Assembly: GCA_028356125.1 (NCBI GenBank) | Contig: JAOMTZ010000006.1 | Coordinates: 3,350-67,349 of the forward strand | DNA length: 64,000 bases | Source: Candidatus Poseidoniaceae archaeon | GTDB taxonomy: Archaea; Thermoplasmatota; Poseidoniia; Poseidoniales; Poseidoniaceae | Reading direction: 5' to 3' | Shown here: in pieces, positions 37,815 to 47,066 of the stretch | Layout of the letters: each line of letters opens with the position of its first letter | Position numbering within the stretch: position 1 is the first letter of the stretch | The notes under the pieces: model-generated | What the model was told of the DNA's origin: nothing | Databases searched by the model: none | Seen by the model: only the letters and a program-made list of their open reading frames with translations | Made by a program: the position numbers and the translations under genes

Positions 37815-40100
37815 ATGAGTGATCCCTTCGACATATCGAAGGCCCTTGAAGGGGCGGTGAAAGACAAGCTTTCACCAGACGTTGCACGCTTTAGAATTCA
37901 CTCGAATCACGAGCCTGCAGGCGACCAAGAAAAAGCAATTGAAAAATTAGTTTCTCAATTGGAAAATGCGCAACAAAGATGCGTACTTTTGGGGGTCACA
38001 GGATCCGGTAAAACATTCGCAATGGCGCACTTGATTGAGAGGCTAAATATTCCGACTTTAATCATGAGTCACAACAAAACTTTAGCGCGCCAATTATACC
38101 AAGAAATGGCAGGACTTTTTCCCGAAAACAGGGTCGAATATTTCGTATCTCATTACGACTATTATCAGCCCGAAGCCTACCTTCCTAAACGCGACCTGTA
38201 CATCGACAAAGAATTGTCAATCAATGAACGAATAGAGCAGGAGAGATTCGCCACAGTTGCAAGTTTGGTAAGCCGGCCAGATTGTGTAGTGGTATCATCT
38301 GTATCCTGTATCTATGGTCTGAACGCTCCAGAAACATTCCTGGCATATCACTGCCGAATACACGTTAACCAAGAAATCGAGCCAATTGATTTGATAAGAG
38401 AATTAGTTGCATTACAATACAGCCGAACTACTACTGATTTACAACGCGGCGATGTCAGACTACGAGGTGAAAATCTCGATGTTTGGATGCCGAGCCGTGA
38501 TGACCCATTGAGGATCAGATTTGGATTCGAAGGGGTAGAACATATTCAGATATGTGACCCAGTTACATGGGAAGTCCTCGATGAGTTAGAAGAGGCCTGG
38601 ATTCACCCGAAAGAGTTCTTCATGGTGTCACCTGAGAGATTTGAAAATGCTTTGGAGAATATTGAGACTGAATTAGATGGGCGAGTTGCCGAGTTGAAGA
38701 GTCAAAACCAAGAAATCGAAGCAAACCGGTTAGAGCAAAGAACCAGATATGATTTGGAGATGCTCCGCGAGATTGGGCACTGCACTGCAGTAGAGAACTA
38801 TTCAATGCACTTTGATGGCAGAGAACACGGTGAGCGCCCATATTGTCTGCTTGACTTCTTTGCAGCTGCTGCTAAGCAATTCCATGGCAATCCCGACAAG
38901 TTCCTTGTAATAATGGACGAGTCCCACGTTACATTGCCTCAAGTTGGAGGCATGTATGGTGGCGATAGAAGCCGTAAACTGAATTTAATCGAACATGGTT
39001 TCAGACTACCTTCAGCAGCAGACAACCGTCCTCTAAAAATCAATGAATTCCAGAGTTTAATTCCTCAGATGGTTTACGTCAGCGCAACTCCTGGTGAGAG
39101 GGAGTTGCTACATCTCTGTGAGATAACAGGCCAAGATGCACCTATGGGGTTGAGGCATGTTGCAGGGGGCGGTGGTGTAGAAGAGCCAGAGTATGCAAAA
39201 AAGCATCCTGATTCAGAGAGTATGTACGACATGCTCCAAATGATTGAAGAAATCCCACGAATGGAAATAAGGCCTACTGGGTTACTAGATCCAACAATCG
39301 AAGTACGTGGTACAGAAGGACAGGTTGCCGATTTATTGTCTGAGATAAATGCGAGAATAAAAGTCGGAGAGCGAACTTTGGTCACAGTACTGACAATAAA
39401 GTTCGCAGAAGAGGTTGCTCAATATCTCAACAAGATGGGTATCAAGGCCCATCACTTGCATTCAGAGATTGATACTATTGAGCGAACTGAAATCCTTAAT
39501 GCCCTTAGAATCGGACATATTGATGCAATTGTTGGAATTAATCTCTTGCGAGAAGGTTTGGATATTCCAGAAGTAAGCCTAGTTGCGATTTTCGATGCAG
39601 ACAGACAAGGCTTCCTTCGAAACGAAAGAAGTCTTCTACAGACCATCGGCAGAGCAGCTCGCAACTCTAGTGGAAAAGTGATTCTTTATGCCGATTCAAT
39701 GAGTCCTCCAATGACCGCTTCAATACGTCAAACCTTAGAGAGGAGACAAAGGCAAAACGCGCACAATGAGAAACACGGAATCACTCCAGCCACTATTCAA
39801 AAAGCCCTCCCAAAGATGGGAAGCGATGTTGACGAATTGATCGCTGGAACCTCTGGTGGGAAGAGATTAGTCGGCTCTAAAGGTGGCCGTAAGAGTGGTG
39901 ATTGGGCGAGTAACTTGAAGGTAGGTGCAGGGCAATGGACCTCTTCAAACTCGGTCAACAACAACATTTCACAACCAATTGAAGAAATTGATTATCCAAT
40001 TGAAGAATTAAAAGAGATGATGCAGCAAGCTGCGCTCGAACTAGACTTCGAAAGAGCAGCAATGTTGCGAGACAAGATTCTCGAACTAGAATCCTCATGA
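37815..40100 (+). CDS. uvrB: Excinuclease ABC subunit B
   Basis: Helicase motifs (GVTGSGKT, DESH), a beta-hairpin region, and the C-terminal UVR domain (ERAAMLRDKILELE). Start at MSDPFD. Confidence 0.9.
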   Translation: MSDPFDISKALEGAVKDKLSPDVARFRIHSNHEPAGDQEKAIEKLVSQLENAQQRCVLLGVTGSGKTFAMAHLIERLNIPTLIMSHNKTLARQLYQEMAGLFPENRVEYFVSHYDYYQPEAYLPKRDLYIDKELSINERIEQERFATVASLVSRPDCVVVSSVSCIYGLNAPETFLAYHCRIHVNQEIEPIDLIRELVALQYSRTTTDLQRGDVRLRGENLDVWMPSRDDPLRIRFGFEGVEHIQICDPVTWEVLDELEEAWIHPKEFFMVSPERFENALENIETELDGRVAELKSQNQEIEANRLEQRTRYDLEMLREIGHCTAVENYSMHFDGREHGERPYCLLDFFAAAAKQFHGNPDKFLVIMDESHVTLPQVGGMYGGDRSRKLNLIEHGFRLPSAADNRPLKINEFQSLIPQMVYVSATPGERELLHLCEITGQDAPMGLRHVAGGGGVEEPEYAKKHPDSESMYDMLQMIEEIPRMEIRPTGLLDPTIEVRGTEGQVADLLSEINARIKVGERTLVTVLTIKFAEEVAQYLNKMGIKAHHLHSEIDTIERTEILNALRIGHIDAIVGINLLREGLDIPEVSLVAIFDADRQGFLRNERSLLQTIGRAARNSSGKVILYADSMSPPMTASIRQTLERRQRQNAHNEKHGITPATIQKALPKMGSDVDELIAGTSGGKRLVGSKGGRKSGDWASNLKVGAGQWTSSNSVNNNISQPIEEIDYPIEELKEMMQQAALELDFERAAMLRDKILELESS

Positions 40101-40143
40101 CACAGTCATGGGTTTCATATGCGAAAGCCTCACGCATACAGTC

Positions 40144-41148
40144 ATGGCCATTGACCCAGAATCATTTGACAAGCCAGTCAAAGATTATGATTTTGCGAAT
40201 CTAAGTGATCCAAAATCACTGATTGACCAGATGGCTGATGCCGGTGGTTTCACCGCAACAAAGTTGGCTTACGCCAGGGATATCCTGAAAGACATGCGTT
40301 CTGAAATCAATGCAGTTGATGCAGACCCAAGTAAAGTGACAAACTGGCTTTCTTTCCCTGCATGTCTTTGTGCTACAGGAACAAGAGGTTTCTTTGTCGA
40401 AGCGATAAAGACAAAAATGTTCAATGTAGTATCAACTACTTGTGGAATGTTAGACCATGACATAGCTAGGGCATACAAGCACTACTATCACGGTGCATTC
40501 GAGTTAGATGATATTGAACTAGGCGAACATCAATTGATGAGGCTTGGTAACGTAATCGTTCCAAATTCAAGTTATGGAGAAATTATCGAAGCGGTAGTAA
40601 TGCCAGTATTGGAAGATATTCGTAATGATAGACTTTCAGAAACCGGTAAAGAAGGCGCAGACGCTTGGCTGGGCTTCGGTTCAATCCACCTGGTATGGGA
40701 ATTAGGTAAGCGAATCGGCACTCCAGACTCACTAATTTATTGGGCCTACAAAAACAAGGTACCAGTTTGTATACCAGGTATTACTGATGGTAGTATTGGA
40801 GCGCAGTTGTTCATGTTCAGACAAAAATATCGTGATTTCCACATAGACACACTTGCTGATGAACAAGTCATGAGCGATTTGACTTGGGATGTTGAGAAAT
40901 CCAATGCACTGATGGTTGGCGGAGGTATATCCAAGCATCACGTAATATGGTGGAATCAATACCGTGGAGGCTTAGACTCTGCAGTTTACATTACAACCGC
41001 TCCAGAACACGATGGTAGCCTTTCAGGTGCACGCCTAAGAGAGGCGATTAGTTGGGGCAAAATGAGACCCGAAGCGCCTAATGTTTGCGTCGAAGGAGAT
41101 GCTTCAGTCCTACTTCCTCTTCTTGGTAGTGATTTATTCGGTGAGTGA
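40144..41148 (+). CDS. dys: Deoxyhypusine synthase
   Basis: DHS-like ...GMLDHDI..., ...GGGISKHH. Start may be 40108 or 40144. Confidence 0.75.
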   Translation: MAIDPESFDKPVKDYDFANLSDPKSLIDQMADAGGFTATKLAYARDILKDMRSEINAVDADPSKVTNWLSFPACLCATGTRGFFVEAIKTKMFNVVSTTCGMLDHDIARAYKHYYHGAFELDDIELGEHQLMRLGNVIVPNSSYGEIIEAVVMPVLEDIRNDRLSETGKEGADAWLGFGSIHLVWELGKRIGTPDSLIYWAYKNKVPVCIPGITDGSIGAQLFMFRQKYRDFHIDTLADEQVMSDLTWDVEKSNALMVGGGISKHHVIWWNQYRGGLDSAVYITTAPEHDGSLSGARLREAISWGKMRPEAPNVCVEGDASVLLPLLGSDLFGE

Positions 41149-41149
41149 A

Positions 41150-42607
41150 ATGAGAACAATCTTTCTGGCATTATTGATGGTTAGCGCTTCACTGGCAGGC
41201 TGCTTTGGTGATGAAGAAAAGGCAGAGGTCATTGCTGAAACAGATGTTTGGGGCTTTGACAAACCAGATTTAACCTGGTATCACTTTGCTAATGCAGAAG
41301 ATGCCTGGGGTAACGAAGAATTCGATTTCGAAGGCCGAAATATACCATATGAAGCAGTTGGTTCATACTACGGAATTGGGATGTCGACTTTCGAGCCAAC
41401 AATGGGTATTACTCAAAGTGATATGATGATGATGAGCTCCTACGGCAATGGACCAGCAGGCTCAACAGCAATCATTTCTTGTGATTTAATTGGAATGCAT
41501 GATGCTTTAGACTACAGTTGTGAAAACGTCTACGACCCACTGCTGCCAATTGCAAATTCCAATGACCCTTACATCTATGTCGACCCATGGACTAGTAGAA
41601 TCATGAAATTCGATATGCACGCTTTGCTAGGAATGACTGTTGAATGGTCAGATGATGAAGGTGCAAGTTGGAATGGCCCTAGTGTGGCAACACAAATTTA
41701 CTCTGTTCAAGATCACCAAACAATAGCAAGCAGCAATATGCCTGCATTACTATATCCAACAACGTGGATGTTCTGCATCAACGGAAACTGGCCTAGTCCA
41801 CTATGCTCTTCTAGTCAAGATGGAGGAGCAACTTGGGGCCCTGAATTAGAAGGTGCACCCCAAGGTTGCCAATCCGGTGGATTAACTGCGCACCTTGTTG
41901 GCAGTGTAGATGGTAATTTCTATCGAGGCAATATTGGATGCACAGGAGATTCTGATGATGACGGATATCCAGATGGTTATTCCATTTATCGAACCACAAA
42001 TGCAGGATTAGCCTGGACTGAACACCCACTTCCTACTTCGGAGTCGGGAACAGCAAACACTTGGAATGCTGAAGAAGCCCAAGTAGAAGTCGATAGTGAA
42101 GGAAATGTACACGCAATGTGGATGGGTAAGGATAACATGCCATACTGGTCATATTCCGTTGACCAAGGTAACACTTGGTCAAATGCAACAATGATCGCTC
42201 CCCCAATCAACCTCTCAGGTACTGGATTCCCAGTCGTTGTAGCAGGCGATGCTGGAACTGTAGCATTCGGTTATGTGGGTGAGACTGAAGGAGATGAAGA
42301 AACCTGGAATGCTTACCTAACATATGCAACCGATGCTTTCAGTGAGAATCCATTATTCACAACAGTTCAGCTGAACCTAGAAGGAGATCCAATTGACATC
42401 GAAACCGATTGTGGGTACAACCGATGCGGTGGACTTGGTGACTTCTTAGACATCAGAGTCGATGCATATGGGAGAACCTGGTTCTCATTGTCTCACAACA
42501 TCGCAGACATTGGAATCTTTGGAACTTTCAGCACAGGACCAAGTCTTCATGGTGAAAATATCACTATGCTTCCAGATATGCCACTAGGTGGAATGCAGAC
42601 TCTTTGA
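41150..42607 (+). CDS. Secreted BNR/Asp-box repeat protein (sialidase-like beta-propeller), probable lipoprotein
   Basis: Signal peptide MRTIFLALLMVSASLAGC. At least four S-x-D-x-G-x-T-W Asp-box motifs (SDDEGASW, SQDGGATW, TNAGLAW, SVDQGNTW). Confidence 0.65.
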   Translation: MRTIFLALLMVSASLAGCFGDEEKAEVIAETDVWGFDKPDLTWYHFANAEDAWGNEEFDFEGRNIPYEAVGSYYGIGMSTFEPTMGITQSDMMMMSSYGNGPAGSTAIISCDLIGMHDALDYSCENVYDPLLPIANSNDPYIYVDPWTSRIMKFDMHALLGMTVEWSDDEGASWNGPSVATQIYSVQDHQTIASSNMPALLYPTTWMFCINGNWPSPLCSSSQDGGATWGPELEGAPQGCQSGGLTAHLVGSVDGNFYRGNIGCTGDSDDDGYPDGYSIYRTTNAGLAWTEHPLPTSESGTANTWNAEEAQVEVDSEGNVHAMWMGKDNMPYWSYSVDQGNTWSNATMIAPPINLSGTGFPVVVAGDAGTVAFGYVGETEGDEETWNAYLTYATDAFSENPLFTTVQLNLEGDPIDIETDCGYNRCGGLGDFLDIRVDAYGRTWFSLSHNIADIGIFGTFSTGPSLHGENITMLPDMPLGGMQTL

Positions 42608-42631
42608 TTTGTATTACTTGACTTGGTTCAC

Positions 42632-42643
42632 TATACAGTGGGT
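42632..42643 (+). repeat. Direct repeat atacagtgggta, left copy; also the 5' arm of an 8-bp inverted repeat at 42635-42663
   Basis: Exact 12-mer recurs at 44323-44334, and a 10-mer copy at 44354-44363. Confidence 0.6.
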
Positions 42644-42666
42644 AGCGTCTGTATCGACCCACTGAA

Positions 42667-42699
42667 TCCCCTTTGTATCGAAAAATAAAATGCAAAGGG
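42667..42699. terminator. Hairpin cccctttg-N17-caaagggg with an A-rich loop
   Basis: 8-bp perfect stem downstream of the BNR gene. The 10-mer ccctttgtat inside it recurs at 44305-44314. Confidence 0.4.
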
Positions 42700-42783
42700 G
42701 TTTAGGATGGCCCCTTGCAACTTATCCGAATCCATTTGTCGCAACATCCAACTGATTAACATCTCAATTCATCTAGCAGTCGC

Positions 42784-43449
42784 ATGGCGGAAGCTTCTGA
42801 TCTATGGGATGAATTCTTTCAGAATCGTATTTCAACCCCTCATATTGAATTGTTTGAGTGTGAAAATTTGAAGGTCAAATCATTTTTAAGAGGAAGAAAT
42901 AATCGAAGATATCTCAAAAGAAATCCAAAGATGGAAGCCTTAGTACGTGATGTGTGTTCAATAATCATTCAAGAGCATGAAAAGAAACAGACTAATGTTG
43001 ATGGAATGATATATTGTATGTATTCGTTAGTTGACTCAAAGGTAATTCCCCTATACATCGGCAAGGCAGAGAGGATTGGAAGGAATGGAAATTTATCAGT
43101 GAATATTTCGGATGCAATGTCAAAAAGTGGCAGTCTATTTGCCAGATGGGGTTATGGATATGCCTACCATTTAGGGGATTTGAGTGCTGCTGTTTTCGGA
43201 CATGAAAGAAAACCTGTGCCTAAGTATGAAAAATGGGCGAATGAATTGTTTTCTAACAAAGAGAGTTTACAACTAAAATCTCAAGTGTACTTTTGGTGTG
43301 AAGCTTGGGAACAAAATCTAACAGGCCCTTGGAATGAATACGGCCCTACATCACTTTCCTTCCTGGAGTATCAACTGATCGGAATCGGTTCAAAAATGAA
43401 TCCAGATATATTGAATGCTGAGGGAACTAATTTTAGATTAAATGGATGA
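42784..43449 (+). CDS. GIY-YIG-like nuclease domain protein (putative)
   Basis: DGMIYCMYSLVDSKVIPLYIGKAERIGRN resembles the GIY-(10-11)-YIG motif followed by a conserved Arg. AT-rich codon usage. Confidence 0.45.
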   Translation: MAEASDLWDEFFQNRISTPHIELFECENLKVKSFLRGRNNRRYLKRNPKMEALVRDVCSIIIQEHEKKQTNVDGMIYCMYSLVDSKVIPLYIGKAERIGRNGNLSVNISDAMSKSGSLFARWGYGYAYHLGDLSAAVFGHERKPVPKYEKWANELFSNKESLQLKSQVYFWCEAWEQNLTGPWNEYGPTSLSFLEYQLIGIGSKMNPDILNAEGTNFRLNG

Positions 43450-44289
43450 TTGGAGGTTTTTATTTTGGCAATTAGTGACGAATTCTTAGCTATGGTGGGA
43501 CGCGATTATTCTGCAGATGTGGCTCGTATTAACTCAGAATTGAATTTGAAAGGCGATGGTTTGTTGGTTGATTATGTGCCTCCGCACACATTTGTAGGCA
43601 ACATCGACAAAATGGAGAATGGAAATTGCATACTTGTCATAGGAATCAATCCGTTTCTATGGGATGACCAAAGATTCGAAAGAGCAAATATCGAACTACC
43701 TATTCATTGCTTGGCAAATTATAGAAATTCTGGTGATGTAAACGCTCTCTCTGATTGGATTAATTGGCAGAAGGAATATTTTCTCAGTAATGACATAAAT
43801 GCAACCCATTTCAAGAAGATCTCCAGATTGATAGGCCCCCGATATTTCTCCCTTACACATGGAGATGATAATTGGCGGGATACTCTTTGTCAACACATAG
43901 TTGAGGTCGATATTGTCCCATATTATTCCATAAAAGCTCAAATTAACGACCAAAAATTGGCGAAATTGTACAGATACGATTCGGCCTTGATTACACATTT
44001 GAACCTGATTAAATGGGTTATCAAGAAAATCCAACCTAGATGGATTCAGGTTAATGGAAAGGCTGGCTGGGAAACTATTTGTCAAGAATTATTGAACGGT
44101 GAGGGAGAAATAATTGACAATGCAGGAGATAAGGGGAGTGAGATTATGGTGGGGCATACCAACGTTACTGGCAATAGAATACCCGTATTATTACACAAAT
44201 TTATTGGCGGATTGGGTGGTGCAAACTCCCACATTCAGAGGAATCAAGTAATGGATTCCTGGGACAAATGGTTATCGAGTAATTCATGA
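43450..44289 (+). CDS. Hypothetical protein, partner of the GIY-YIG-like gene
   Basis: Start abuts the upstream stop, with no gap. 279 aa, low GC. A possible PD-(D/E)xK-like EVD...K segment is unconfirmed. Confidence 0.4.
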   Translation: MEVFILAISDEFLAMVGRDYSADVARINSELNLKGDGLLVDYVPPHTFVGNIDKMENGNCILVIGINPFLWDDQRFERANIELPIHCLANYRNSGDVNALSDWINWQKEYFLSNDINATHFKKISRLIGPRYFSLTHGDDNWRDTLCQHIVEVDIVPYYSIKAQINDQKLAKLYRYDSALITHLNLIKWVIKKIQPRWIQVNGKAGWETICQELLNGEGEIIDNAGDKGSEIMVGHTNVTGNRIPVLLHKFIGGLGGANSHIQRNQVMDSWDKWLSSNS

Positions 44290-44322
44290 AAATACAGAGG
44301 GGGGCCCTTTGTATACCCGTAA

Positions 44323-44334
44323 ATACAGTGGGTA
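44323..44334 (+). repeat. Direct repeat atacagtgggta, right copy
   Basis: Exact 12-mer match to 42632-42643. Degenerate copies at 44292-44302 (atacagagggg) and 44354-44363. Confidence 0.6.
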
Positions 44335-44361
44335 CCCTCTCATGACACGCCTGTACAGTGG

Positions 44362-45096
44362 GTGTTCAGAGGGTGGAACCGAGTTAATTATAACCAAGCC
44401 CCGCATAGTGAGAGTATGAAACCAGGGCAAATTCTCGCAACAGGTTTACTTTTTTTCCTTCTTTTTATGCCATTATTTGCTCTTATTGGAGACATGAGAG
44501 TCCAGTGTGAATTTAATGTTGAAAATGATTGTTCTGATTACACAAATATGCAAGGATTAATTGGTGCAGGATTATTGTTCGGCCTAATGCTTTCAGTTGG
44601 TGGCGCATACAAAATGAGGAATCTCTCGAAGGGAACAGGAAGTCCAACATTTGGTAAGTATTCCTTACAAGATCACAACATGAAAGGTAGTATGTGGGAT
44701 TCAGACTCAAAATCTAATGACGTTTCTTTCGTTGAACAATATGGTATAGATGATTCTGTTCTCGTAGATGTCCTTAAGATTCTTCAAAGCGAGAAGGATA
44801 ATGCTCTGAACGATTCAAATCAACTGCTTTCTAAAATTGAACTTAACAACGATTCAAGTTCAGAAATTGGTGCCTTAATGCAGAAGCAGATTCACCAGAA
44901 AACAAGAGTGGGCGATATCGAACAAGCCATGACAAAAATCAAGGCTGAAATGAAAGGCATCAAAGAATCACAAACCGAATCAAATCTTGACATGAAGGAT
45001 TCAGTTATTTCTGGAGACGTGATGGTTAACAACCCTCATGAAATTGCTGAGGCTGCAATAAAGGCGTACAAAATGGGTCAACAAAGCAAAGATTAG
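44362..45096 (+). CDS. Hypothetical membrane protein with a coiled-coil-like C-terminal half
   Basis: TM helices near the N-terminus. True start may be 44416 (MKPGQ). Confidence 0.4.
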   Translation: MFRGWNRVNYNQAPHSESMKPGQILATGLLFFLLFMPLFALIGDMRVQCEFNVENDCSDYTNMQGLIGAGLLFGLMLSVGGAYKMRNLSKGTGSPTFGKYSLQDHNMKGSMWDSDSKSNDVSFVEQYGIDDSVLVDVLKILQSEKDNALNDSNQLLSKIELNNDSSSEIGALMQKQIHQKTRVGDIEQAMTKIKAEMKGIKESQTESNLDMKDSVISGDVMVNNPHEIAEAAIKAYKMGQQSKD

Positions 45097-45290
45097 TTTT
45101 TTGATACGCAACAACCGACATATCATTCCCATGAAATCGCGAGGGTTCTCTCAGACCCCTCAAGACATTATGGAGGAGTACAATGGGTGTTCAGTCCCCC
45201 AGTACACTCGCTACCGTTCGTATTTCTCAATTACTCCCAGACTTGGATCACAATCAAACAGTTTATGTGTTGTCACTTCTTGATTAAATT

Positions 45291-46256
45291 ATGAAGAAAG
45301 TTGTTGTAACCCTACTTGTTGTTTTGACATTTGCGATGAGCTCTACAAATGTGCAGGCACAGGCTGCGACACCAACAGTGCAAATGCAGTGTGATTCTGA
45401 TGTATCTTTTGATGTATATCCGGGGGCAGATTCAACATCGATAATGAACTGCACCTTGTCAAACCCAAATAACTACAATGAAACAATAGAGATGGAATAT
45501 TCAGCACCTGATGGTTTTGTTGCTACGTTTGTTGAAGGAAATGTGGTGAATCTGACCGGTGGTGAGCAGAAGGAAATCAGCATTGAAATTTTTGCAGTAT
45601 CTGAACAGGCGGTTGCAGCACACATGATTCAAGTTAATGCTACTGTTACCGAAGCAGATGGTTCTCCCCCTCCTAATGTTGCAAGGTCTACAGTCAACAG
45701 TTTGCTAAATGTCAATGCTTACGACAACTATGATGTTACCTACGGAATCATGTTCTGGCAGATTGACATAATTTCTGAGGACCCAATGGATCATATGATT
45801 GAAATGACGGTTGAAAATAATGGCAACAGTTTGGAACGACTTGGAATTGAAAGTATTTCTGATTTAAGAGATGAACTCGAATCTTATAACATGGTAGTGG
45901 GAATCCCAGTTGTTAGCTTCGAAGTTGCGCCATCTGAAACCTATTCATTCAATTTCAGCATTGGGAGTATTTCAGAAATTAATGCTTCTACATGGCTTGA
46001 ATACGACAATGGTACCAAACAAGTTACTATCGATACAAACATTACAATTGTAAATGCAGAAAGCGGAGAGGACGGTTACTATTGTTACGAATGTAATGGC
46101 TCAACCTATCTGAGAATTCAAATCAATCTATTGGCATTTGAATCACAAATCGTTGCTGATGATAGTTCTGATTCAGTACCTGGTTTTGATGGACATTTGA
46201 GTATGGTTTCTATTATCTTGGCGGCATTCGTTATTGCCCGCAGAACTCGATATTGA
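45291..46256 (+). CDS. Secreted protein with a C-terminal TM anchor
   Basis: Signal peptide MKKVVVTLLVVLTFAMSSTNVQAQA. C-terminal hydrophobic anchor plus an RRTRY tail. Confidence 0.5.
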   Translation: MKKVVVTLLVVLTFAMSSTNVQAQAATPTVQMQCDSDVSFDVYPGADSTSIMNCTLSNPNNYNETIEMEYSAPDGFVATFVEGNVVNLTGGEQKEISIEIFAVSEQAVAAHMIQVNATVTEADGSPPPNVARSTVNSLLNVNAYDNYDVTYGIMFWQIDIISEDPMDHMIEMTVENNGNSLERLGIESISDLRDELESYNMVVGIPVVSFEVAPSETYSFNFSIGSISEINASTWLEYDNGTKQVTIDTNITIVNAESGEDGYYCYECNGSTYLRIQINLLAFESQIVADDSSDSVPGFDGHLSMVSIILAAFVIARRTRY

Positions 46257-46308
46257 GAATCGATTCAGCAGTCAGAAGTATCTACCAGACTTGGATCAGG
46301 GACTTTAT

Positions 46309-46671
46309 CTACTGATTTGGTAAACTTTTGATGTGTTCTTCGATTGTATTAGCACAGGCTTCGAAGGCATCTAATGGCTGTCCGTATGGATCATCAAGAC
46401 CCCAGTCTTGGTCTATCCTGATAGCCGGGCAACTGACACCACATCCCATCGAAATGACCATGTCAAACGATTTCCAATCTACATCATCCACCAGTTTTGG
46501 ACACAGCCCCTCAGTGCTCATTCCTTTGGATTCAAGAACTTTTATTGCATTAGGACTAACATTAGTTTCAGGATGGGTGCCTGCACTTGCAGAATCGTGT
46601 CCTAAACTTCTAGCAATGCTTTCAGCCATTTGAGAGCGGCAGGAGTTGCCAACACAGACGAATAGTAGTCG
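46309..46671 (-). CDS. Low-molecular-weight phosphotyrosine phosphatase / ArsC-type arsenate reductase
   Basis: CVGNSCRS P-loop (C-X5-R). Start taken at MRLLFVCVGN. Confidence 0.8.
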   Translation of the reverse strand, partial: RLLFVCVGNSCRSQMAESIARSLGHDSASAGTHPETNVSPNAIKVLESKGMSTEGLCPKLVDDVDWKSFDMVISMGCGVSCPAIRIDQDWGLDDPYGQPLDAFEACANTIEEHIKSLPNQ

Positions 46672-46727
46672 CATATTGAGTTGTGCAACGAAGAGACATA
46701 TGAACCAATGGCATGTAGAGACAATAG

Positions 46728-47066
46728 ATGTGGCGTCCAATTCTAGTTTACACTGGAGTGTTTGTCACTCTATTCGTTACCCACATTATTGCAGCAGCAA
46801 ACGACTGGGATGTCTTCTTCCGGATTGTGGCGGCTTTGATCACATTACAGACATTGTTTGCAGGTTTGTGCCTACATTTGTTGAAAGGCGATGTACGTCA
46901 TTCTAGACTGCCAGTCGTTGCATTGAGTGCTGGTTTAGGGTGGGCTTATGCAGGGATGGAGGCCGATTGGTCAATCGCTGTCTGGGTATTAGTGGCCATC
47001 ATGTTGCAAATCCTAACTGAAAAAGGGTTGAAGTACGGTACACCCGCCGAGTCAACTGATGGCTGA
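46728..47066 (+). CDS. Small membrane protein
   Basis: 112 aa with three TM helices. Confidence 0.35.
   Translation: MWRPILVYTGVFVTLFVTHIIAAANDWDVFFRIVAALITLQTLFAGLCLHLLKGDVRHSRLPVVALSAGLGWAYAGMEADWSIAVWVLVAIMLQILTEKGLKYGTPAESTDG

Noticed and set aside
42635-42663. tRNA fragment / tRNA-derived att site at the cassette border
   Set aside because: The sequence has a hairpin but no recognisable T-arm (GTTCRANYC) or acceptor/CCA context. No tRNA gene is evident anywhere in the window.
45097-45290. A 194-bp intergenic region as a possible small RNA
   Set aside because: There is no clear conserved stem-loop architecture or promoter/terminator pair. It is most likely the promoter/5' UTR of the downstream secreted-protein gene.
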